This document shows, in pieces, positions 25,415 through 37,065 of a DNA stretch of 64,000 bases (the first letter of the stretch is position 1; every line of letters begins with the position of its first letter). The notes beneath the pieces are model-generated. The model was not told the DNA's origin. It worked only from the letters and a program-made list of their open reading frames with translations, and did not search any database. A program made the position numbers and the translations under genes. Source of the DNA: Azolla caroliniana (taxonomy: Eukaryota > Plantae > Polypodiophyta). The DNA is taken from the NCBI GenBank assembly GCA_043228905.1, contig JBHGNT010000006.1, positions 5,394,001 to 5,458,000 on the forward strand, in the 5' to 3' direction.

Positions 25415-27440
25415 AAATGAGCATAGTATTTCAACTCAACATCAAAACAATTGAGAATATGAAGAGAAGTTGTTCATCTTATGTATGAAACAATTCCTTA
25501 GAAGTGAATTGCTACAATATGTCAATTATTGTTGTGTACTTGGTTACCCTTATCATGATTCATGAAAATCTAAGTTTCAAACTTATTCAAAAGTTTCTTC
25601 TAATTCACGAGCACATAGAATATTCTATCTATCTTTCAATTATAAGGTTCTATTGCCTTGATGTTTTAAAGCATAGACTTTACCATTATATAACCATGGC
25701 TTACATTTTTTGGCCCGTATCATGTCAATCAAGTAAACCACCTTATGAATCTATGACTATTTGTGATATTCTCAACAGAAGATAAACTACTTTGTTTGTT
25801 TCCAAGCTTGCATTGCATAGTTCAACCAATTGAATCATATCTATATGATGAAAGCAAATAGCTACCCAAAGAATTCCAATATGATGCTTGAACTCAATAG
25901 ACATCATATACTTTGCTTTTTGACATTTTTTACAAATTTAGTCACAACCCCATGAGCCACATGCTGACATTTGCAATGAACAACAATTATTTAGAAGCAA
26001 TAATGGAAAAGTATCATAGATCCACCTTTCCCACATCATGTCCCATATTTTTGTGTCACTTTGACACAAACATATGTCTATATTTTAATTCCGCTCAATT
26101 ACATGCCTCTGATTTATTCTTAGCATATGTGAAACTCGGTAAAACAAAACCTACAAAACTCAAAACAATAAAGCTCAGAAATTTGATATATCTGAGCAAA
26201 ATTTAAACATGATTTATTGTTGCTTCATGTCAATGTGTCTTGACATGAATTTATATTCAAAGAATATTTAATGACACCACTACAATTAAACTATCCATGG
26301 TCCAAAAGTGTGGCCTCATTAAAATACATATATCATTGTTTATTCACAACCCTTCGGATTGAGTGAATCGAGGGGCCAAACTTGCATATTATGAATTTGG
26401 TTGCATTTCAAGACTGTTGTAGCATCCACAAAGCCAAAATAGTTCAGGAAGCAAATATTACACAATCACTGTCTCTTGATTTACTCATCTATCAGAAAAT
26501 ATACGGCCATAAACAAAGAGAAAACACATAGCCTATGGCAGAAGGCATGATAAGGTGGTAAATTCTATCTTATTTTGAAACGTTCCTGAATTCATCAAGT
26601 TTAATGAATAGATGAATTTTGGCTCCACATGCCATGGACATCATATGATGTCTCGTTTTTGCCAAAATACTCATCTGGAGGGATGGATGACATATGCCGA
26701 AAGATGTGACATAGTGGTAAGTCCCTAAACTCATGATGAATGCATATGGTCCCATCTAGGCTATTGCACAGTCTCTTTTAGGCTTATCATGCAAGCCTTA
26801 GCAAAGGAAAAGGCATCTGAGACTTCAAACCAATATGATGTATAGTGATATGTTATCTAGAAACTAAATTCCTTGAAATTAACAAAAATATGTATGTTGA
26901 ATGGAAAAAATATATATGTCCCATTAACATAATCTGAAAATGGTAAGACAGTATGTTGCAACATTCATTAATGAAACCCTTACGAAAAACAAAGGGCAAA
27001 GCAAAGAATACATCTTCGAAGAAGAAATTACCTATGCTAATTATAGTTGATATGGCAACAAACCACTCAATGCAAGCAAGTTTTTTTTTCTTACAAAAAC
27101 TTTGAATTCCACCATTACATGTATCAGCTTTCCTATTTAATATGTAAGGAAAGAAAATGCAAAAAGTGAGAGAAAGAGAGAGTACGAAAAAGTCGCACAT
27201 TTCCTTTTCTTTTTAAACTAATCAAATTTCGTGTTTTCACTAAAAAAAGGGGCTGATGATGTTTTCATGCGAACGCACCTTTTCGTCGGGTTCGTTTAAA
27301 ACATCACAGTTGGCCCATCTTGTTGCAACCCATCTCTCATGCCAATCTCCAAAGAGGAGAATTGAAGGTGTATGCCATCTACTTAATACAAACTGCCCCT
27401 TATATACCCTGATGATAAGGGCCTTCTCACATGCACCCAT

Positions 27441-29055
27441 TCATACACGTGCCTTCTTAGTACTACATGAAGGACATTTATACTTCTTAATGAGCTCAGC
27501 TTTCGCAGGTGTAATCTTCACACATTTACCATGGAACCATTGCTCGCAGATATCACAACAAATCCAGAACTCATCAGACGCATAATTCTCACCACATTTC
27601 CCACAAAGAGCATTCTCATGTTCATCTTCTTCTTCCTCTTCATCCTCTTCATTCCTTCTTGACGGTGGAGGCTGCTGCCGGATCGGCTTCTGCTATTATT
27701 CCATGACAAGAATAACAAACATAAAAGATTTGGTGAATTGTTTTCATTTAAGTAACTCCATAAGGATGGGATTCTCGACGTAATATGTATTACCGATTTG
27801 CTGCCTGCGGAGGACTTTGTCTTATTGGTGTGACTCACACCCTTTACAGGCTTCCTTTCTATCACCACGTCATATAAAGTGGGAAGATCACTTATGAACC
27901 CAAATAACTTCTTCCTGTTTTCCAAAACTATCAAATGTCAGAATATGTAGGCCAAAGGTGATTTTTTATCCATTCACTAAGAAAATGCACCAGCATTAAG
28001 AAAATGCAACTGGAAAACAAGCTACACACGTCCTAAAAATATAGTTTGCATCCTCCCACACTGCACTATTTCGGAGTATTAGCTAGATGGACATTCACAC
28101 CACACAAATCAACCTGGAACCTAGGTTTTACAACCCATCCCAGTTGTATACTTTAATAGACTAATAGTCACACCTGAAACCTATTCCAAACAACTCAGCC
28201 TAGTCATCAAATAAAACAGCTATTTCTCCCACAATTTGGCTGTACTCAAGAGTGCCATTCACACCACATATATCACCATTGAACTCTAGGCTGGACAACC
28301 CATCCTAGTCATTTATTGAAATAGATTTTGTCTCCAAATTTTTGGTTATTACAAATGGCATCAATAAGTCACCCACGAACCCTAGCCATTGACTAAAAAT
28401 AGCTTTTCCTGCCACACTGTCATCTGGAGTACAATCGAAATGGCATCAAAACCACCTTATATTGCCCTAGAATCCTAGCCCAGATATTTCTCCCACAATT
28501 TGACTGGGTAACCCATCCTAATCATCTACTGAAAGAGCTTTTCCCACCAACACTCGGATATATTTGAATTATTGTCAATGACATTCACACCAATAAGTCA
28601 CTCATGAACCCTAACCATTTATTAAAAATAGTGTTTTGCTCCTATGCTGATATCTGGAGTATTAGTGAAGGGGCATTGACGTCCCTGTCTGTCAACATTA
28701 AGACTTAGGCCAGAAAATCCATCCTAGGCATCTACAAGAAACATGGCTATATTAACCTCAAAATCAAAACACGAACCTTTCAGCTTTGTCAAATCTTGCA
28801 GCATAGAAGAATGCTACAGCGAGGAGCCAAGAATCACTATGGACAGCAACAAGAGAGAGCCAATCATGGCGATCCATGCCATCACGAGAGAAATTGATGC
28901 CAAGCACGGGCTCTGGAAGTTCCGAAGGTACCTCCTCTACGGGTAATGTCACCACCCAGGATGAGTTGGGTAATCCATAGAGGCATAGATTCTCTCTTCC
29001 TGCGTGCACATACACAGATATGTAACATGAACAAAGATATCATCTTAACAAATTC

Positions 29056-29110
<55 letters not shown>

Positions 29111-29900
29111 GATGTGTTATCATCTCCCTCTTACGTTTCTGCATACAAATGTATCTCCATTCCATGTGTGCCATACTTCTTTCATACTAGGACTATATAG
29201 GGGGTGGTAAGCTGAGTTTAAATCTCACTATATGTTCTACGTTACTAGATGCCACAATGGAATGTAGGGGTTGCTAGCACGACCTTCTGCTCTCCACTGA
29301 CAGCTTTAACTAATTGAGCTCTCTCTCTCTCTCTCACACACACACACTTCCCCCATCTCTCTCCCTCTGCTGCGTGTCATATGCATACATCTCTCTTTCA
29401 TATGTGGGCATACACATGTATCTCTCGTAAGTGGGATATACACATACATACATCTCTCTCTCTCTCTCTCTGATGTCTGAGTACACTCATACATCTCTTT
29501 TTCTGTCTCTGATGTCTTGAGTGTACTCGTACATCTCGTTCTCGCTCTATCTTGAAGCAAACGTTGAAACACAAGTGAGAGTGAGAAAGCACCCAATTTC
29601 ACAGACCAAAAAAAAAAATGGCCGAATCTAACCCAGAAGTTGTACAGGCTACACACCTGGATCGCACTGTTTGACGAATTCATCAACATCTGCAAAAAAC
29701 CAGAGGAGTTGGGAGGCAGAGAGCATCAATGAATGGTGCGAAGGAAGAGGAGGAAGATAAAAAACAAAGGGGATTTAGCTTAGCTAAGTGTGCTTTTTAC
29801 CAGTGGTGAGGGCAGCGAGGAGGCCAGATCGACGCCCTTTGAAATCCTTAAATATCTCTTCCAGAGTACGAGGATGCTGATGGACTTCTCCTCCTTCCAT
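27441..29900 (-). CDS. AL: Alfin-like PHD-finger protein, ~242 aa; exons 29900-29801, 29689-29657, 28999-28777, 27914-27794, 27692(or 27689)-27441
   Basis: Alfin/PAL domain [24 protein letters not shown]|[11 protein letters not shown]|[11 protein letters not shown]...[21 protein letters not shown]...[14 protein letters not shown], an acidic linker, and [50 protein letters not shown]. All introns are GT-AG and phase-consistent. Confidence 0.96.
28040..28740. repeat. Old degenerate tandem repeat array in Alfin-like intron 3
   Basis: Recurring cattcacacca, aacccatcctag, gaaccctagccat and aaatagctttt motifs. Confidence 0.6.
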
Positions 29901-29939
29901 AGCTGTCTTCTATCTATCCTCCCCCCCCCCCCCCTCCTC

Positions 29940-30096
29940 GCTATGGATACACAGACTGACAGACAGACAGACAGACAGACAGACAGAGAAAGAGAGATTC
30001 GTTAGATCCTGTAAGCTCGACAGACAGAGAGAGACAGAGAGGGAGAGAGAGAGCCCTGAAGAAATCCTTCGCTTTTCTTTGTAGCCTGTGTGTGAT

Positions 30097-30141
<45 letters not shown>

Positions 30142-30311
30142 GTCTCTCTCTAGTTTCTCTCTCTCTCTCTCTCTTTAGTCTCTCTCTAGTTTCTCTGTCT
30201 CTCTCTCTCTCTCCAGCCTCTGTCTCTCTCTCTCTCCAGCCTCTGTCTCTCTCTCTAGCCTCGCTCTCTCTGGGTTCTCTCTCCAATCAGTCTCTCCGGG
30301 TTCTCTCTCTT
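29940..30311 (-). promoter_or_regulatory. (CAGA)n and long CT/GA tracts in the Alfin-like leader/promoter (GAGA-element-like); another (CT)n lies at 30703-30760
   Basis: The tracts are directly visible. A regulatory role through BBR/BPC binding is inference only. Confidence 0.45.
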
Positions 30312-30701
30312 AGACCCTCCCCCACCCCCCATTGTAACGGATCATCCCATCTTCTGTTGTGTTGAGGGGTTCCGTGATCAGAACCCGGGCCTTTCCCGAC
30401 GGACACTGAAGGAGAAGGCCCTGCGAGTCGTGAGTCGCGGGCTTCTAAGGCTTCTCAATGGTCAATGGATGGAGAAGACACTCATGACTCATATGTGGGT
30501 GGGGTGGGGGGGGGAATATTGGAAGTTGGACAAGAGGGTTGGTTGGGCCGTATGTTCAAGGGGTCCAAATTCTTCACTTACTCATCCTTCACATAGTTGA
30601 GCAACGTTGATACGTGAGTCCGAGTCCAATCGAAGATCCACCCTAATCACAAAAAATTTGATGGTGTAACATCCCCAACTCCGTCCAAACGTACGCGCGC
30701 G

Positions 30702-30764
<63 letters not shown>

Positions 30765-31029
30765 GGATTGATCGATTTACCCTCTAGCCTATGTCAACAC
30801 TCTCTCTCTCTCTTTATGGATCGATCAATTTGTCCTCTAGCGGCAACCTATGTCAACACTCTCTCTCTCTCTCTTGTCTCTTCTTTGTAGAGTGCCCCCC
30901 CTCCAAACCTTGCCTTCTGAAAACCCATCCATGTTTTGGTGTGGGAGTGAGGGTGGGGCCAAACCCCTCCCTCCCACCTCCCAGTCACGACCATACCCCT
31001 GTGTTTCGAATCTCCATCGGGTGTTCCCC

Positions 31030-31568
31030 ATAGATTCACCCATGCGTGATATTCATAGTATTTGTCATCCGTAGTATTCGTAATACTTGACAATACAAAA
31101 TGACCCCAAGAATATTACAGAACCATTTGTTATAAATGCACATAATAAAATTTATTTAATTTACTAAAAAAATAATTGATTCATTAATTTGGGTTCCTAA
31201 TTTCAACCAAAATTAGGGTTGTAGGAATTAAAATATTAATTAATTCACTAATAATGAATTAATTTACTAAAACATTAATTAATTCACGCATAATTAATTA
31301 ATTAGGGTTCCTAATTTCAACCAAATTTAGGGTTTTAGAAAAACCCTAGGTTTGGAGGCCAAGAACAATATGTAGGTGTCACTCTGGGATGAGGAGGAGG
31401 CGAGGATGTAGACCAATAAGTCGAAATTAGGGTTTTCAGCCGAAACCCTAATTTGCAAGCCGAGAACAAGATGCAAGGGGAGGCGAGGGTGTAAGCATCA
31501 CGGACAAGATGCAAGGTGTTGCCTCTTCGCTGACTATTCGGTGTTGCTCTCTCACAATAGCTAACATT
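31030..31568 (+). repeat. Left arm of a long inverted repeat (Mutator-like TIR candidate)
   Basis: Matches the reverse complement of 45640-46228, for example cccatgcgtgatatt, caaaatgaccccaagaatattacagaaccatt, tttggaggccaagaacaatatgtaggtgtcactc and gaaaccctaatttgcaag. Confidence 0.9.
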
Positions 31569-31771
31569 AAAAAAAACAAAACTTTTTCCAAAAAAAAGTT
31601 AAAATAAGAAAAATATTGTCATTTGCCACAAAAGAAGTCCTTTTAACTTTACAACATATTTTCTCACCCCAATGTGTGAATCAAAAGTGAAGGCATTTTG
31701 CATATTCCGATTGAACCATAGCCCCCAATACCTCAAGTACTCAAAATAATTTGGAAATGAGACATCGATTC

Positions 31772-34424
31772 TGTGAAGAATGAGAGACGTAGGTGATGTG
31801 GTCCAACGGAAGCGAGCTATGTCTGTATGTGAGTGCACGTAAGGCTAGATCGAGAGAGAGGGAGAGAGCTTAAACAAGAAGTTGTATCTTTGCATAAGAG
31901 AATGAATTACATCCAACAGTAACTATGTTACAAAGAGTTGGTTTAAATACCAACTGGTCTAGGGCAAGTGCCTTTTCTACTAATTACAAAACTAGCCTAG
32001 TATGATGTCCATTGACTAGTGTGAACACTATCTCTATTGAATCAGCTTCGGCTTTCGAGTTGATTCGGTTGTTCGGCTCTGTTGCATGAATGGTCAGTCA
32101 AAATTGGTTTCGACTGTGCGATTGCTTCGTGCTCCTTGTTCGGCTCAATATCATCGTGCTTCGACTCCTCTGTTCAGCTGATCGGCTATTATTCAACTTT
32201 GGCTACGGCTACTATACTCCCCCTCAAGAGCGCTTGAGCATGGTTGAGAGGCCAAGCTTCGACATGAACTACCGCAACTTGTCGATACCCAAGGCCACAT
32301 GAAGATTTGTGTTGATGTGTTGTAAATCGATATCTCCAGCCTGAACGCACTTCCTGAATGAAGTGGTAGTGAACTTCGATATGCTTAGTCCATGCGTAGA
32401 ACACGGGGTTCCGAGCCAGGTAGATACTACTCATGTTGTCGCAGTATAGAAGAATCATATCCTTGATGGGAGCGCCTAGATCCTTCAATATGTGCTTCAG
32501 CCAAATGGCCTCGCATGCGACGACTGTCGTGCCCCTGTATTCAGTTTCTATGCTCGACAGTGCGACTATCGACTGCTTTTTGCTGCTCCAAGAGATTGCT
32601 CGATTGTCGAGGGAGAAGACGAAACCTGACGTTGATCGTCTATCAACCTTATAGCCGCCCCAATCTGCATTTGTGTACCCTTTGAGCCGAATGATCGTAT
32701 CTAACTTGTATATAATGCCGAAATCAATCATCCCACATATGTGCCGAAGTACCCTCTTAGTGCAATCGAGATGAACATTCCAAGGATTTTGCATGAATTG
32801 ACTAAGTAGGCCGACCGAATAGTTGAGGTTGGGTCGTGTGATAGTTAGATAGATTAGGTTGTCGATCAGTTGGCGATATTGAGTTGGCTCACAATCTTCT
32901 GTTCCCAAATCGACATCGAGCTTGAGATTTTGATCAAGAGGGGTAGAAACAGGTTTGCACTCAGTCATCCCGAACTTGTAGAGTAGGTTAAGAATGTAGT
33001 GTCTTTGAGAGATCAATATCCTGATTGGTGTCCGAATTACTTTGATACCGAGGAAGTAATGGAGCTCGTGCATATCTTTCATTTTGAATCTACCAGATAG
33101 TAGTGATTTGACCTTAGTAATGTCGGCGAGATTCTTTCCTCTGATTACTGGATCATTCACATACAGGATGATAACAATCAAGTTGTCAGACTCGGTTTTG
33201 ATGTACAAGGAGTTGTCCAATTTTGACATTCAAAAGCTAAATTGATGAAGGTATTGGGTGATCTTAGAATGTCAAGCACGTGGTGCTTGCCTGAGTGCGT
33301 ATAGAGGCTTCTTGAGTCAGCAGACTGCTCTCGAGTGTTTGCTCGATTCGAAATCGGGTGGTGGAATCATGAAGACCTCCTCTTCTAATTCGCCTTGTAG
33401 GAAGGCGTTCTTTGCCACTGGGGCAAATGTCTCCTCGTAATCGACATCGTGCGTTTGAGCATATATCCCTTGGCCACGAGTCGTGCATTGTAGCGATTTA
33501 CCGACCCGTCGACATTGTATTTTACCTTATATATCCACCGACAACCAATCTCTTTCTTATGTGGGGAATGGGGGACAAGATCCCATGTCTCGTTTTTCCA
33601 TAGAGCATGCATTTCTTCATTCATGGCTTCGATCCATCGTGGATCCTTGGCTGCCTTGGGAAACGTTTCTGGTTCTCGGACAATCGCCACCTTCATCATA
33701 AAGGCATAATGGTATGCCATATACTCATCGTAGCCGAATTGGCTAACCGGGTTATTCTCTTTGGTGGAGCGACGAAGCTTCTTGTTTGTTGAGGCCATGG
33801 CTTTCTTCGCTCCATTTGTCCGGATGATGGGATGTCCAAGCCTTCGAACTCACTGTCAAGGGAGTGAGTTGACTCATTCTCGATCGGATCTTTGTATTCC
33901 AACATCTTTGCCTTTCCTTTATCTAACCCTAGACTTGGTTGAGATGTATTTTGGTTACTAGGGGGCTCCTGTGGTCCGCTAAGCCTTGTCGTAATTGGAC
34001 TTTCTTCGAACACGTGTTCGACTCAAACTTCGTCTTCTATCGCTTGTTTGATTCCGGTCGAATGGAGTCGGAGTCGGAGTCGTCTCTGGTTCGTACTAGG
34101 ATGCTGACTCGTCGAAAACGACGTCTCGACTTACTCGAACTTTTTGGGTAGATGGATTGTAACATTGGTACCCTTTTTGTTCGAGGGAGTACCTTACGAG
34201 GATGCATTTCTCTGACATTGGGTTGAGCTTTTGTCACTTCTCGTCGGGAATATGCACGTAGGCAATTGAGCCGAATATCCGGATATGTGATAGATCTGAC
34301 TTCTTTCCAAAAATCTTCTCATGAGGGGTTATGGAGTGTACCCTAGAGGTTGTACACCTATTCATGAGGTAGACATCTGTGTTAGCCGCTTCCGCCCAAT
34401 ACGATTTTGGCAGGTTATTCTCGT
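31772..34424 (-). mobile_element. Copia A: 3-prime half of a decayed Ty1/copia element (integrase end, RT, RNase H, PPT 32217-32228, 3-prime LTR 31772-32216)
   Basis: GCRWIYKVKY, ARLVAKG, LYVND, YFLGI, DRRSTSG, WSSKKQ, YCDN and KHIEVHYHF in frameshifted ORFs. The PPT CTTGAGGGGGAG adjoins an LTR ending ...TTCACA. Confidence 0.93.
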
Positions 34425-35138
34425 TGTCACAGATAGAAAATATGCATAAGAGAGTAGAAGATAATCAAAGGGATGAGTTGATTAATTGAAAGACCCATAA
34501 CTGGTGTTGTTCACCTTGATTGTAGTCTAGGTGAACACACATATTTATACAATATCTGAGATTTAATATCTCTAGAATATACCATAGAATATTTCTACAA
34601 TCTAGAATATTCTGAATGTATTATATGCTAGACTATACAATATTAAACTGTTGAGCGGCAAGCTCAACTGGAGCCGGATCGGTTGAATAAGCCGGAGTCG
34701 GTAAGCGAGACGGATCGGGCGAAACGGATCGGTATGACGGTGAGCAACCGAATCGGCAAGCAGTGGAGGCCGGGTGCAATCCGTAACCGGCAGTCCAATC
34801 GGAAGCCTAGAATAGGATAGACTACTAGGTATCTATAGTCTCGTAGTAAGTGTCAGATGCTCGTGTGAGCATTGAAGTACATGGTACTTTTGTCAGTCCC
34901 AAGAGGACTTGTATAAATAGTGCTACTTAGCACAGTGTGTAAGTAGAGTCTTGATATAATTTTGAAATTACGTTCTGCTCTCTCTCTCTCTCTCTCTCTC
35001 TGTTGTTCTCTGTTTTACGCTTCCGCAAACACTCACGTTTACATGGTATCAGAGCGCGAGGGCTGAGAACCTCTGCTGTAGACATTTAACTCTTGAGAAG
35101 AAAACCCTAATAGGTCGAAAACAAACACAGTAAAAGAC

Positions 35139-36304
35139 ATGGATAGAGGAATGGCTACGTCGCTCCCGGTGGAGAAGCTCGACATGAGCAACTATGCATC
35201 CTGGTCTTACAAGATGCACCAGTACCTGCTTGGACACGGGTACTGGAGTTATGTCGAAGGAGCGAATGATGCGGCACCCGACTCGGCACACAAGGACTTC
35301 CCAGTATGGGAACAGGCGGCAAGCAGGGTGATGTACTGCTTCGCGTCCAGTGTTGGCGATCAGCTGCTCAGCCACATCCGTGACGCCAAGACACCGAAGG
35401 ATGCTTGGGGGAACCTGAAAAAGGTTTTCGCCGCAAGCACCACTGCCCGGAAGCTACAACTCAGACAGGAGTTGAGCAATGTTCGACAGAAGAACATGTC
35501 TGTGGCAGACTACACGGGCCGGATAAAGGAGATCTGCGACTCGCTCGCCTCTATCAATGTTACCGTAGAGGAAGATGAGATGGTGCATGTATGTCTCGGA
35601 GGCCTGGCGTCCAAGTTCGGAGCGTTTTGGACTGCGGTGTGTACAAGGGAGAATGCCCCCTCATTCTTCGACTTACAGTCGATGCTCCTTGTAGAGGAGA
35701 ACCACGCTGGTGCATCTACCAGTGCATCCCCGGACAGTTGGATGTTGTACACGGGAACGGATCGGCATTGTGGGCGTGGTGGAAGAGGTGGGTCGGCACG
35801 CAATGGAAGCGGCCGGCAAGAGCAGGAACGGAGGCACTATGAGTGTGCCGACAGCAGTTCCGGGACTTCCACAAGCAGGGGGAGTCAAGGCGGTGCCGGA
35901 GGCCGGCAAGACAAATCCGCTACGGAATGCTGGTACTGTGGCAAAAAAGGCCACAGGGAAAGCAAGTGTTGGAGAAAGCGTGCCGATTCGGACAAATCCG
36001 AATCCGGCAAGACCGGTAAGGATGGCCGGCAAAACTCGCACTACGCAAACAGATCAGGAGGATCCGGAACCGGAAAGGCCGGTAAGGGGCCAGCCTTGGT
36101 GATGAATCACAAGGCAAACTCAATGAAGACCACTTCCAAAACGGAGGAAGTGTGGTATGTTGATTTCGGCGCGTCGAACCACATGAAGAGCCACAAAGAG
36201 TGGTTCTCCTTTCTGGAGAAACCGGATCAACCAAGAGTAGTCGAAACCGGAGACGACACTCCACACCCAATCGTGCACGTCAGACAAGTCCCTCTAAGCC
36301 ACGT
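35139..36304 (+). pseudogene. Copia B gag-protease, cut by the element D insertion
   Basis: KLDMSNYASW, zinc knuckle CWYCGKKGHRESKC and protease WYVDFGASNHM (DSG mutated to DFG). The frame resumes after 39722 as GQKGKLMNVLHVP. Confidence 0.93.
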
Positions 36305-37031
36305 TGTCGTAGTGTATTTCGTACACTACGTGAAAAAGTAAAAATAATATAACTGATTTAATTACATATAAATAAATAAAATAAGAATATCAAGATATTT
36401 ATCACGTGCATAGGGCAAGATTCAAACCTTGTACCTCCACGTAGCCAAACCTCAACTTTACCATTATGCTATCTTATCTTTAGTGTTCTATAAATAGATT
36501 TAATAACTATAAGTGCTTTATTTGCGCCTACCTTTATTAAAAAGGTAAATCATGTATTTTTAGAGTGCGTGAATATTTTATAGAAAAACGCAAGCAACTA
36601 AAAAGTGACTCATGCACATCTAGCGTGCATGAGCACTATATTTAGCAAATAAAAGCAAGGATTAGAAAAGCATCACATGCACATATAGTGTGCATGAACA
36701 TATTAGAAAAAAGCATGTAGCTATGCTTAGTCTCTCCCATCACTATATAAGGATGGGGAGCACATTGTAGTTTTTGTTGATTATTTTTCTATAATGATCA
36801 ATCAATCTAAAATATTCGTGGGATTCACGAATTTGCTAAAATAATTCTCTCTTACTACCTAAATATTGACTAAATATACTAAACTCGTGGGATTCACGAG
36901 ATTCTTATCTTATAACTCTTTATACCTATTCTTTACTAGCCTTATTTGTATTTTTCTTTCTCCTAGTCCAAAACCTCGGCGGTTCCCACCCGACTCACGC
37001 AACGATCCGGAGCCGAAAGGCACGACACAGT

Positions 37032-37049
37032 TGGTGAACCCGACGTGAA
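37032..37049 (+). promoter_or_regulatory. Primer-binding site complementary to plant cytosolic tRNA-Trp
   Basis: TGGTGAACCCGACGTGAA is the reverse complement of the tRNA-Trp 3-prime end TTCACGTCGGGTTCACCA. The tRNA sequence is recalled, not looked up. Confidence 0.85.
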
Positions 37050-37065
37050 GACGGGTGGCAAGGGG

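Noticed and set aside
29306-31093. ORFs rich in ER/RE/SL dipeptides (also at 7299, 18078 and 18100)
   Set aside because: Artefacts of (GA)n/(CT)n tracts.
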